From NCBI RefSeq assembly GCF_964355755.1, contig NC_092674.1, forward strand, positions 5,580,001 through 5,644,000: a DNA stretch of 64,000 nt. Direction: 5' to 3'. The number at the start of each line of letters is the position of its first letter. The stretch's first letter is position 1. The notes beneath the pieces are model-generated. The model saw only the letters and a list, made by a program, of their open reading frames with translations. It made no database searches and had not been told where the DNA came from. A program made the position numbers and the translations under genes. Origin of the DNA: Antedon mediterranea (lineage: Eukaryota > Animalia > Echinodermata). Shown here in pieces: positions 51,196 through 64,000 of this stretch.

Positions 51196-54100
51196 TGGAT
51201 CTCCCGCAGAATTAGAGGCACTTGTATAGATAGTCAATAGTTTCAACTGTATATTTCAATCATTATTGGTTACATTACTGCTGTATCTTACAATATCGTA
51301 AAAAATATGACTGATGTCCATGTTTTTTGTTAATCATTGAATCTATGATATATAGAAGTGAATCACCATTCTGACTCAAACTATGACATTTAACATGTTT
51401 CGACCAAGATTCAATCTCATAAATTATGTTTTTTTTTACATTTGTGACATTTACCAGCATTTCCAATTGTTTGTTTAACAATTTTCACAAAATGTGTCAA
51501 CGGACTTAAAATATAACTTTATCTACCAACATATACCTGATCCAACTGATGACTGATGTAAGGTTTTAGTAACAAGTGTTACATGGACACCCTGTGCAGA
51601 AACCACCTCTTTTGGAATGATCCATGCTATTAATCCATTACATTCCTTCATTATTAGCATTCTCTCCACCCAATTATTTCTTCTATGTGGACCCCCTTCC
51701 AACTCTAAATCTCCACACCACCTAAATTATGCCTTCATGCTCTGCTGAACTGAACTTTTGTCTTGATGTTGTATGTTTAAGTACTCTTCAGAAATCTGGA
51801 CCATACTTTCACTGACCAAAATTGAACTATTGTTGTGTATGGGATAATTTGATATTTATTGTTATTATTTAAGAATGACATTAGCAAAATGTGGCCAAAA
51901 ATAGACCTAAAATCCATAACTTATGTTCTTGTCCAAAAGCGACAGGTAGACACAAGAGGGAGTCCCAGTTCAGGATGCGAGCATCTGCCATTCGAAAATG
52001 CTTTGTCATAATGTACGTGGGGTCAATTGTTAGGTCAATTCCAGCCTACCCCATCAGAGCCGTGATGATTTTGTGTCTAAAATAATGTATAGTCACTGTG
52101 AAAATCAATACTTAAACGGTATGGATTTCCTGTTTTAGCAAATTGCTTTCCATGTTCGTAGAGAAAACATCTTTTCATTTAAATCTAAATCGGATTGTTG
52201 TAATTAGGTGATAATCCGTTTAAACTTTTAATTGGTTTTCAACTCTTTTTCTCAAAAACAATGTGTGACATTGACAGGGTTTGGAAGCATCGTTTCCAAG
52301 GTAACGGCATAGTTTTTTGGTTCAATGTTTAAGGATAGAGCTATCGCTTTCCGGAGAAGCTTAAGTTTCTGTTGTTTAATGTGTATCTATCAAGAAAATT
52401 ACGATGATTGGAAGTTGGCAGTTTGCACAAACCAATAGGGTCTTTCTTTGCTAATGTTTAACATCGAAATGCCACGAGAAAATTGATGTTCTGAATGTAC
52501 AAAATGCCTTAATTGCTAAACGAGCTACTGTAATCGTGCAAAGGTATCACTTTCAACATGCAGTAATACATACATATAAACAAATTACACAATTTTTAAA
52601 ATAGATTTTTTGCATCTATGATAAATCCATTAGAACATGAGTGATATTGTTTTTCCATGGAAGTTCAATAATTCATTCTTGTTAAAGATGTGTGGTGCTT
52701 ATTTCTCGGTACACACAAGCACCAGTCCTTTCTGATTTCCTAACACATTTCTTTTTGTAGCTGATTCACTAGTAGGGGTAGTCAGTGATTCTTATGATGC
52801 CTATGGGCTTTTGCTAACTACAACATTATTTTAGGTATTGGAAAACTGCTACTTGCTTTTGCAATCGCAATTAGGAAGTAGAATTGTCAACTTTTGTTAG
52901 CGAATATTTCAGAAACTGCTGTAGATTTTGACTTTGTTTTGTAATAGGGTTTTCATTTTTTTACAAAAAAAAAATAATAAGATTAGTTAAGCACTGTACA
53001 AAACATTAGCTTAGAATTGTTATTATTACTTCTAGTGTTATTGAAACATAATCAACAAATCTAATGATTATGTTTTTTGTCATTATTTTTACCGGGTGTA
53101 AAATCTGGAAAACTTTTTTGCCATCTATTTTTCTCCTGGTGTGAGGCAATTTGTTGTTTTAGAAATTTAGGATATCACATTATAAAACTTTCTGGTGAAA
53201 AAACTTCTGAGCATATTAGGATTACCGGGGCCTACATCAGAATTTGCATTTGGTAGGCCTTAGTTGCAATTATGTAAAGAATACATAATCGAGTGATTTA
53301 TGAAGTTGCAGTTTGTAAGAGTAGGCCGTAGTTGCAATTGTGTAAAAAGTAATTTAGTTACATGATTTATCTTGCTATGTTTTACTGCTGTTGATATGAA
53401 TGTCTCTTTATTGTTATTTATATGGTTTTTACTAAGAAATTAATCTTTCTTTTCCTCTCATTCAACAATACCTCTAGGAAACACTAGCTATAGAAATGTG
53501 AAAATCTGAAAAGACATTCTTTAAGTATTGTAATCGTATCTTTAAAACAATGTCCTACTTTGACATACACGCTATCAACACGTCCTTTGTTATCCATACT
53601 TTCGTCAGTAATTTTACGTGACTGAATAACAGCGTGTGATTATTTACTGAGGTGCATTGCTTGTGTTTTCTCCCACATAAGTCAGTTTTTCAACAGAAGT
53701 CTAATTGAATTTTTTTCTGCGATGACAAGCAGATTTTTTTTTCTCTTAGTGATAGTGAAAAACAACAATGAATGTTCTCTCTCGAGTCACTGTCATTGAG
53801 TGGGTCAAGTCAAAATGTAAGGACTTAAGAGCTTGTCAATTTGTATTCTAAAATGTCACAGATTCGATGTTCAAGAAACTCCTTCACTTCCGAAATAACA
53901 CACCTTAATTTCCGGGAGCACTTATAAAAAGAGATCTTGTAGAATATAATGTGTTTTTATTTTTTGTAACCCTGTTACTTTGAATATTAGTATTTCCTTT
54001 TGTTTTCTGATGATAAAAGTAATATTTAGAATGGGATAGGATATTTTAATTATTTATTGTTTTATAGGGAGATATAGATTCTTGTCTACATAGATTCTCT

Positions 54101-54523
54101 AGTATTCCTTTATTTAGTATATGTATGTTGTCTAATATTTATTCTAAGTTGTTTTGTTGTCTAATCTTGTCTAATCAAATTAACCTAAAACTATAATAGA
54201 TACATAGACTTTTTCATAGTTTTTTGCACACTAAAATATAAAAAATGAGGATGTGTGCTGATTGTTTGTCACCTTTTGAAATCCAAAGTGCCATGTGACA
54301 AGCCACTTTGTCTGCATTTACGACTGATTTAGTACGTAAAAGGTAATTTGTAGATTATTTTTGTCGCGCTGTTAATCGCATTATCTCAAATAAAACTATG
54401 CGAACATCATCAAATCTGTTCAGCCCCATGAGAAAACATTTTGCGGTTTGTGTTTTGAGAGGGGAAAAATATGTGTCAGTTAATAGAATTTATACAGCAT
54501 TTTAAGTTTGTCGCGCTTATCGG

Positions 54524-54853
54524 CACTAATGAAGTAACTGTAATAAATTATAATTCTTAGGAACTAGAATCTATTTTTATCTAGATTTAACCTGTATGTG
54601 CTACAGTATATTCTTTGTTACCTGACAACATGAGTGAAGCGCTCATTATGCATAGTTTGGTTTTGCACAACACTAATGAAATAACTAAAATAAATTCTAT
54701 AAAACAGCATCTATTTTTATCTAGATTTATTAAACATGTATGTGCTGTATTCTTTGTTACCTGACAACATGAGCGAAGTGCTCATTATGCATAGTTTGTT
54801 TATGGCACAGCGCTAATGAAATAGCTAAAACAAATTCCATGAATCTATTTTTA
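54524..54853. repeat. Diverged tandem repeat, ~140-bp unit x2.3
   Basis: Repeated cactaatgaa...atctatttttatctagattta...ttctttgttacctgacaacatgag. Confidence 0.85.
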
Positions 54854-57800
54854 CCGGGATTAAGCTGTACTATAATGTAGGTCTGGGTACTCTTCTTCAA
54901 TATACATAATTATTGCATTTGTCTCGGAGCCTTGTTATTAATTTTCAATCAAACAATTCATAATCGTATATTTATTGCACATTTATTGCACATTATAGGT
55001 CTAGCCCATGAGACTGCTTGTTACTGATCGGCTTCAAAACAAACGATCATTCTGTGTTTATAGATGCCATTTCTAAAAGATATCATATTTTTTAATAAAA
55101 TGATAAACAAAAACAATTGGTTATTTTTTGTTTTCATATTTTTCATTGGAAAAGTAAGAATTGCCCAAGGGATGCATGCCCAAAGAGGATGCTTGCCCAC
55201 ATCATTTTTTAAATTATATAAATTAAATTAAGTTTATACAATGAATTAAGTTAAGTAAATTAATATGATTATTTGTTACCACAGTATTTTACCCTGTTCT
55301 TATTTCAGTTAAAACCCAAATATTGGATATAACAACCCTATGTTCTCCTGAAGATCACCCAGCAAGTTAATTTTTGAATTTGAAGTCATACAAACTTTAT
55401 AAGGTCAATATTTCTTTATTTGTGCAGATTGTATGTCTTCCTAGCTGGTGCCCATTAATACTCCTTTATGACATTAGAAATGGTTAATTTGTCTTAAGAG
55501 GAATGAATTCACTTTTCTACAAAATTCCACACAACATTATTTTGAGAGTTTTAGGCCTACATGATGTTCTAAAATTAGGTCATAATCTCAGGTGTTTATT
55601 AATATTCACTCACATAGTAAAGGAAATGTACGTGTTCATCGCACACTAATAGATCATGCGTGTAAAACTAGAAGTTAATAAATCATTAATATGTTGTTAA
55701 TGTGATTAACACATATGAGCATTAAATGCTGGTTTATAACAACTTATGTCCAGTTTAAATATATTAAATTAATTGTAGATTTTATATTCTGTTATCCTTA
55801 TTATTTTCATCTTCGAAAACGGTATAATCTAATATTAGTTGGTTTAACCTTTTCATCCGTTTGAAATAGATATAAATGTTATCCTAAAAAGTACACAAGC
55901 TTTAGTCATCTTAAAATCTGTTTTATATTTGGAATCACAATTCATGAATTTAGTAAATATTATATCTGTGATGGAGACCGAAGAAGTTTCTCCCTAGTGA
56001 ATAAGGGTGCAGACGTACCAAGAGACTTCAAAGTCAAAGTCCGATCTTATCTAAAAACCTCAGAGAATTAACCCCCCTACCCTTCACTCATCATTCAGTT
56101 TATCTATTTATATTTTGAGTTCCCTGGAGTGTTCCATCTTTACCTAGATCAAAAGTGGACATGTCATTGATTGTAGTGGCCTTGGAATACATTTATAATG
56201 GTATAGGCTATGGGGACCCCAGTGGTTCTCCAATGATTTATTTTTTATTAATATAGAGCTAAACTTTTGAAATAAGATATCCGTTTAATGCTTTGTCATA
56301 AACAATATAAGCATTGAACTGTTGAACTTCGCCTTAAATTTGTATTTATTTTATCCCTAAACAAAAGAAGTTTATAAAATTAATATTTTGTATGTCCACA
56401 ATGATGCTATGCTACAGATTAGTTTAAACGAATTTCAATCCAAATAATATTAATAGGCCTACAATTTCTACATATTCTTCTTTAAACCTGTACTGATGAA
56501 TATCAATAGAATATTGAAACTATAAGCCTACTGATAGGCCTACTATTTATTATTTAATTTTTAGTTAACTTATACACATTTCACTACTGAGTAGATCACA
56601 AATATCTATGTTTAATAGTTAGAGTGTAAAGTTTTCTTCGTTCTTCGCTTTCTGTGTTCTGTTCACATGTACACCTGACCTAGACCTAATTTCTCAAAAC
56701 AGGTGATCTTGCTTTTATCGCATTTTCGCTCAGGTTGCCACAGGTTCTATCAAGAATCTTCCGCCAGATAAGTGACTTCGATAAAGATAGTGTCAATGGT
56801 TGTCGTATTGATGGATGAGGACAAATTGTCTGATGAATAAAAAGAATTTGTGGTAATAAGTGAATTATAAATCTCTGAGGGTATGTTTCTAGAGGGGGTT
56901 GTTTCTTCAAGGTCAATGACAATTAGTCAAGGTCAAATAATAACAGGATGCATTATGGGTAGTTTCACTTTTTATGAAAGTTTACCTAAACCTGTTTATA
57001 GAATTAAAAGTTATTGTTCTTCAGTTAATTATCAGTTGATCAGGTGAAATTAAACATTTGAATTGGAGAAGTTTATGACGCAGAAGTATAAGGGCAAGCT
57101 TTATAAAAACAAATTCTATGTGTTCCAAATTGATTTGTAAGTTGTTAAAAAAAATAGATATAATTATCTGTTGGGCCATTATTATGATTTGACTATTACT
57201 TCAATAAAATCAATTTTGATTTCCATGAATTTAGCTATGACTGTATATTCTGCCCTCTACAATTATTATTGTTATCTAATCTCTTAGGTTTTGTCTATCT
57301 GATATTTGATATTGAGGGATTATCATTTATTGGCTATCAGTAGTAAAACTATCATCCCTATGCAAGGATTTACAAAATACTTACATATTACTTTATTACT
57401 TAGAAATTTCTATACTTCATACTTGATAGCTTGACTATACATGCATTCCTGGGAAAGGGTCCCCAGTCATCTTTTAAAGATGGCACACAAGGGACAGATA
57501 TAACTTCAGTTTGAAGAACGTTCCACTTGAGATTTTAGTATGATTGGATTCCCAAAAAATCGCCCATCCATACTGTATTTTATTTTTTTAAATGTCTTAG
57601 CATGACCTATCTGGAATTGGCTACACATAGCCACAGAACAGGTTGTTTGTAGCAATCAATATTAGGTTGATTCCTTTTTTCTTTTCTGAAATGTATGGAT
57701 ATTTATTTCAGTTGATCAAAGATTTTCAGAATTTTTTCTGCACCTTTTTTTCATTTTTTTAGGATGCATATACACTAATATTACCAAGGAAATCAATCAT

Positions 57801-58509
57801 AGTTCATTAAGAGTAATATTTCAGCGTTAATGGTTTTGATTTCTTGGCAACAAGTTCTAATCAAAACAAACTTATATCTAGTATTTGTATTATATCCCAG
57901 TAGACCAGTCTTTTCCCATGAGAAACGGTAGTGCACTATGCCCTGTCCCAGTTATGCTTGTTTTTGCTATGCTTCACTTATCATTCTGTTCAGTAATCCT
58001 GTTGGGAAAAATTAAATTTATGTTGTTGGGTAATATTTAGTTCATAAATATTCTTGAAATATACGGAAATATTTGTTATCTTAATATAAGTACTAAGAAT
58101 AATCTATTTTTCACTTTACTCTTTCTCATTAGTGTTTGAACATTAGATCAAACTCATAGCGAAGCGGGTGTGCCCCATTATTTGGTTTATTGTGGCATGA
58201 ACTTTTATTTCAATTTTACTTTTATTGCTTAACAATTTAATGTTAACATAATTTACATTCATTTAGTTTATTCACATTACAAACATCTTCTACCTTTCCT
58301 CTCTCCCCCATATTTACCATTTTAATTGTGTTTAAAAAAAAAAATTTAAACAATTTCTTCATGAACTTAATAGGGAAACTTAAGATAAGTAAACCAAGAA
58401 ACTATTTTTTTTCTTCTACTCAAGGGACTTTATTTCCCCTTATTTGCAATCAGCGTGGGAACACCCTTGCAAAGTCATTCTGAAGATTTAAAAACATGAA
58501 ATGTTTTTA

Positions 58510-58669
58510 AGCTCTGTCTATACTACTATACTTTATGTGTCAAAAAAATGTGATGTACCCATATATGGACATGATGATGGCATATTACTACCATTTGAGC
58601 ATATCACTACCATGTTTGGGCACATCACACTTTTTTTTTTCAAACTAGTTTGATAGTGTAGACAGAACC
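58510..58669 (-). mobile_element. MITE family A, full copy
   Basis: Both TIRs and internal repeats; tta flanks. Confidence 0.82.
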
Positions 58670-59715
58670 TTATATAATTTGCTTCTTTTTAAGGTCGTAA
58701 TTTGTGAAGTTAGACTAAAACTTGATGTAGTTTTTATATGCTTGAGTAATATTTTCAGATTTTTTTTATCTAATAACTATATCATCTAGAGGCATGTGTT
58801 TCAGTCAATATAAAATACCTCATTCCGATTTCTCTTCTAAATCACTGAAAATGAAAAATCATAAATTTATAGAAGACAAAAATGAATGAATTTAATAGCC
58901 CAGCCTATATTTATTATACCATACCACATGCATTAGTATGCAAATTACCCACCTGCACTACATTTGCTATAGAACTTAATAGAATTTTACGACACTTTGA
59001 TATATTTCCCAGCAGCCATTAATTTTTCAATTCCAGTAATAGCAGAAGCACGGTCGTTTCAAATTCATTTATACATTTGCCTGTGTCATGCTTTTAATAT
59101 CTCTCCGTTTCATTTTAAAATTGCCATTTGGATATGAAATATTGAAGTTGAAATAAAGAAATATGATGTATTATACAGCAAGTGTGCTGAATCATGAGTC
59201 AAGCTGTTTTTAACAATCTCTCACAATTTTTTTTTTATTGCGAATTTACTTTTTTATGGCGAATTTACTTCTTGATAGAAAATATACTTTTAGGAAATAT
59301 TTCAGTCCTTAAGTATACTTTTGGAGTTAAATTTGAGATTAGCATCACTAATCAAAAAAACTGTTATGCAACAATAGTAATAGGTCTAGCTTTTGGAATT
59401 ACATCTTGCAGATTTTCTGATCTGATTATATAAAACTATAATACAATGTATTCTATGTCAGCCTTGGTTTCATTCACCCGGAGTCATCATTTTTTGAAAC
59501 TTTTTTAGTTCCATTTCTTAAAACTAATTATGTTGTATTTATTGAAGATTTATAAAGATTTCTTGATTCAACCATAAATCTTTAAACATCATTACAATAG
59601 AACCCATTTTTAAAGACACCAATTCAGAAGACATTCCTAACAAGTGGACAATTGCATCATTTTCGGAAATGAATAAAATACATATAAAAAATTGTGTTGC
59701 TCTGAGACTACCCAT

Positions 59716-59896
59716 CTACCTTGTCATGTGGCACTTCTTTCTTCATATTTCTTCTATTTAGTCTTCTTTCTTTTAGTTCCGAATATGTATTGTTATTTTT
59801 TAAACTATCAAGCATAGTTATCTTTTTCCTTCTTCTTCTTGTTACCTTCATATTTTCCTTCTATCACATTTTTTTCAATAGTCCTCTTTCTCTAAC
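59716..59896 (-). mobile_element. RTE-like LINE 3' fragment
   Basis: Similar to 9637-9822; minus-strand VIEGKYEG-like remnant. Confidence 0.55.
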
Positions 59897-60670
59897 TCTG
59901 TCTCCTGAGACAACACAATATATTAATACAAAAAAACCGAGTACAAGACACTAAAACATCATTCTTTAACAATGAGTACTGTGAGTAGGCCTACTCATAA
60001 CAGTATAGTTATAGCCCACGGACACCACTGTATCTGACTGTATTAAGACACTATTAACACTTTGTTGGTCCTTCTGTTTCAACTGTATAATGCACTATTT
60101 ACGATATTCAGTTTACCTTTGAGTATACATTTAAAACAACTAGGTCACACCTTTAAAAAAATAGATCAAAAAGTGATTCTCCTATACTCACCTGACTATC
60201 ATTCATAAATATGTTATTAAAAACTGCAATATTTTGAAGGTAGTTATTAATTATGATTAATATTGTTCTTTCCTCCTCGGTCATGCCGCTGAGAATTGAA
60301 AGGCGACATACAAATTTAAATAGAGGTCAGGAAGAATGTTGTAAACGAATAATATACGAATAATTTTAAATTATTCATAGCTACGGGAGATATAGCTATA
60401 TTTTAGTTTTAGGTGAGATATTTTTATTACCTTATTAGAAGCACTTAACTTTTTTTTTCTTTACAAGGAAAAGGTAATAATTTATTTTTCAAATTGAAAA
60501 GTACATGTAATATTTTGTGATAATAAAAATGTAATTAAAGTTTTATTTATGATGCAAATTATATTTTTAGCTTGTTTTTATTGTTTTAAATTTCTGTAAC
60601 AATTTGAATTTCAAAGGTATGTAGCTGTTTTTAATTTAAATGTTTTTTTTATAAATTTTACATTACAGTA

Positions 60671-61336
60671 CCGTACTGACGCGGGTATAAGCCCACCCCC
60701 CTTGAACATGAAATCACGTCAAGTTTGGGGGGTGGGCTTAAACCCGAGGATCCAAAACTGCAGATCGTCAAAAACAGCACATGTACACTGTGTATTCCAC
60801 CATGCGAGCGAGCGCCCTCAAGTGTACGACGTTGCCTCTGATACACGAGGTGTAGAGTGTCGGAAAATTAAGCTTATAGTTCGTGTAATTTATCGTAGAA
60901 TATCTTATTTTAAACATCAATTGAACAAGAATTTATCAAGCAGAAAAGCAAGTATACAATGTTCGTTGAATAGAAATGTACCAAAGAAATTTAATAAGCT
61001 TGTTTATGGCAGCCGATACCAAATAGTGGTTTTCCGTTTTGGCGACTTGTAGGGTCGTGTGTGAAGCGATTTTCGACCTTGATGGAGTGTAAACAAAACA
61101 GGACCGCTAGGCCTCATATGGCCTAGCGTATATTAGCCTAGCTTGGTTATGATCAAAGGTAGGTGTATTTGGTGTATGGACGTCGCCAAATACAAAATAA
61201 TGTATTACGACACACACTGTAGATCTTCGAATTAATGGGTGGGCTTATACCCGAGTGCCTAATTTTTCATGAAAATTAGTCAAAAGTCGGGGGTGGGCTT
61301 ATACCCGAGTATGGGCTTATACCCGCGTCAGTACGG
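60671..61336. mobile_element. Tc2/pogo-like MITE (second family)
   Basis: Perfect 25-bp TIR ccgtactgacgcgggtataagccca; TA TSD; subterminal gggtgggcttatacccgag repeats. Confidence 0.88.
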
Positions 61337-62791
61337 TATATTTAACTTAAGTTTAAATTAATTAAAAATAAAAACTTTATAAACTAAAATCATTTAAATT
61401 TGGAATATGCAAATTAGTTGCTATACGGCTTCATAAATGACTGTCTAGACCATTTCATAGTTATTAATATTTTGATTAAAATACATTTTAAAGGTTTGTA
61501 TTTTAAAATTAATGATTGGATTTATTTTTAAAATTGTCAAATCTTTCTATTTGATTTAGAAATGAAATTTTGTTTTTTTTTCTTCTAATTAAAGCTGTTT
61601 TAAGTACATATACTTCTAAATATGGACCACTTGTAGCATGGATAAACTTGAAATATAGAATCATTTTAGATTAGACCACAAAAAAATACATAAAACAGAA
61701 TTTTCTGATAAAAATGAATTTTAAATTTGTTTTTTTACTAAAACGTACTTAAAACATACATAAAATAAAAAATCTACTTCCTACAACAACATCCTGCCAT
61801 ATTTCAATTTTTAAATTCACAAATTGATACCTTACATTTTCTAATGAATGTTAAGTTTTAAAAAGCTGGATCACAATAAAAACATAACAAGTTTAATATA
61901 TCATTTTTAGATGCAGTATAATAATATATTTGACATAAAAATTCTAGTACCGTCAGAAAAAAGAAACCTGTAATAATAATGATAAACGATACGTCGTAAA
62001 CTCTAATCCTCTGATTAGCAAGCTGCGAACCGTTGCTTTTGGGAAGCGGAAATAAAAAATAATTTGTAACTTGTTAGAAAATAATCTACCGGCAATTAAC
62101 GACAATCAGTAATTGTGCTTAAAAACTATGGCGATTATTTATACGACTAATCTTGTAAAGTGAAGTTTTCCTGCATATTATCTCGTCTTTCTAGCCTTTC
62201 ATACTCATTCACCTGATCATTGTAATAAGTAGGGCAAGCAGAAATTCATAGTTTGTTCATATTCATATGAATTTATGGAAATGAAGATGCCTTACGGAAT
62301 TCAGATATATGTATGTATGCACCTTCAGCAATTCTTCCGTAACGAAAATACATTCTTTATGCATTTTTTGAAAGTCATCTTTCATTAAAAGATTGAAAAC
62401 CGTCAAAAAACCTCTCAAATCTAATAGAATTTGATAGAAATTGTGCAACGTTAGTCGCACTGTTTCCTACGGGTAATGCAAGTGGACGCAGTTGGTTCTA
62501 TCTTTTTTTACACAAACTATTTCTGTTATATTTTAGCTTTTAAGATATTGATTGTAGTTGTCTTTGGCATGTGCAATATTTTGTTTCTTGATTGTATTTT
62601 CTACTGTCTTCTTTTTGACCTTGACGTATACAGTTTTAATATCCAAAATCTTTTATGCGTACAATGCAACATTTTATAAAAACTGCTTTACGAATAGAAA
62701 ACCAACTCCTTTATCAAACTAATTGTATATGGAACTATTTGTACATAAATCTAGCTAAAATAATGTCTTTTATTTAATATTTAAAAAAAAA

Positions 62792-63068
62792 CATTGTGTG
62801 GCTGATGATGTTTGCCTACTAATCCCAGGGTATAAGGTTCAAATCTTGTATAAGTATTTGTTTTCATACGTAAGGGTATGTGTATCTAGTGAAAATAGTG
62901 GGAAACTAAGAACTATAGGACCTACGCATGTACCAGGGTAAAAATCATTGTGTGGCTTATGATTATGATGTTTGCCTACTAATCTCAGGGTATTATGTTC
63001 AAATCCTGTGTAAGTTTCATACATATGAGGATGTGTATCTTGTGAAAAGATTTGGAAACCTAGAATCT
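62792..63068 (+). repeat. Diverged tandem duplication (~150-bp period) of a tRNA-SINE-like head
   Basis: Two units cattgtgtggct...tttgcctactaatc.cagggtat...gttcaaatc...gtgtatct.gtgaaaa. Confidence 0.7.
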
Positions 63069-64000
63069 GCTGACGAAGAATGTTCCAATGTCCCTGCATG
63101 TGCCCAATAAATTAAACATGATGTAACTAGTTTGTAGTCCTAGATCATCACAAATCAATCTCCCTATTTTCACCTGTTAATACAGTGGTTAGCTGAATGA
63201 ATAGCAACCTTTTAACAATAGACCTGGAAGACTACTTCCACAGTAGAAATGTAATTACATATCTTAGGGAAATGTACTAAGGCGAGGAGCCTAAGTTTGC
63301 ATTAGACAGGATATAAATATTATGCTAATAAACAACGTAACTATTATCTATTAATCTGCCAAGATTACTCTTATGTTTGTATTCCGGTGAACACTTCAAT
63401 AAAAACTTGAACCTATAAAAATAAGATAAGATGCTAAATTGGTCTTGAACAATGGGATATGAACGATCAATTCTGGTACTTTGGAAAGAAATTTACCCGC
63501 AGTAGCACGCAAAGTAGTATAATTGAACACTTTTCGTAATGTAATGATTTAGTTTTACTTTATGGTGTAATGAAAATTGGATGCGCTACTGAACCTTTAT
63601 ATCAATCTTGTACAAAAGTCTTTAAGGAAATTGTCTACAAATTAGTTCCTGTCTCTGATACTTATACATTATTAGTATCTGGTATTGTAATGCTAACTTG
63701 TGTCGTTGAATTGTTTTATTTTCTTCCTGATGAAATGAAATATCTTTACATTAAAAAAGAAAAAAGTATAGAGATTGGAAAATATCTTTGATGAACCTAA
63801 AATATTAATTATTTGGACGATTGTGATCATTTACGGTCGGTTTTTCTGAGAGGTAGAGGGTACTAGGGTCATTTTTAAGATTGGGTTTAGTTTATTTAGG
63901 ATTTAAGACTATTTGAATATTTAGGTGTCTTGGCTTAGGCTCAGTTTGTTATTTATGTTGCTGAATTATGGAAAAATTTAGTACACAATTGCAAATAATT

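Noticed and set aside
60702-61052. 116-aa ORF inside the Tc2/pogo-like element as a transposase
   Set aside because: No HTH or DDE motif recognisable, and the element is only 666 bp
11700-64000. Window-wide enrichment of AGGTCA/RORE-like motifs
   Set aside because: At roughly 30% GC about 18 AGGTCA hits are expected by chance in 64 kb over both strands, so scattered hits are uninformative; only two local clusters were kept

Overview
AT-rich, intron-containing animal DNA, most likely an invertebrate; nothing prokaryotic and no CRISPR. The first ~11.4 kb hold the 3' part of a + strand Tec-family (BTK/TEC/Btk29A-like) non-receptor tyrosine kinase gene. Twelve GT-AG exons (150-10548) splice in consistent phase into 445 aa covering SH3, SH2 and the kinase domain; the N-terminal exons (PH/TH in this family) would lie upstream of the window. 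A candidate alternative last exon at 11416-11441 would swap the C-terminal tail. In the remaining ~52 kb I found no convincing protein-coding exon. The introns and this downstream region contain many mobile-element remnants: two copies of a non-autonomous Helitron, two families of Helentron/DINE-1-like elements, PIF/Harbinger MITEs (one with a frameshifted Myb/SANT trihelix domain), Tc2/pogo-like, hAT-like and Kolobok-like MITEs, 5S-derived and tRNA-derived SINEs, L2 and RTE LINE 3' ends, a Penelope-type minimal hammerhead ribozyme remnant, and several minisatellites and tandem duplications. I found no clearly new biological system. The strongest leads are the alternative Tyr-containing versus Tyr-less kinase tail, the hammerhead, the 5S-SINE family, the nested Harbinger-Myb element and an orphan spliceable exon at 23.7 kb. 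All family assignments come from motif recognition by eye, not from database searches.
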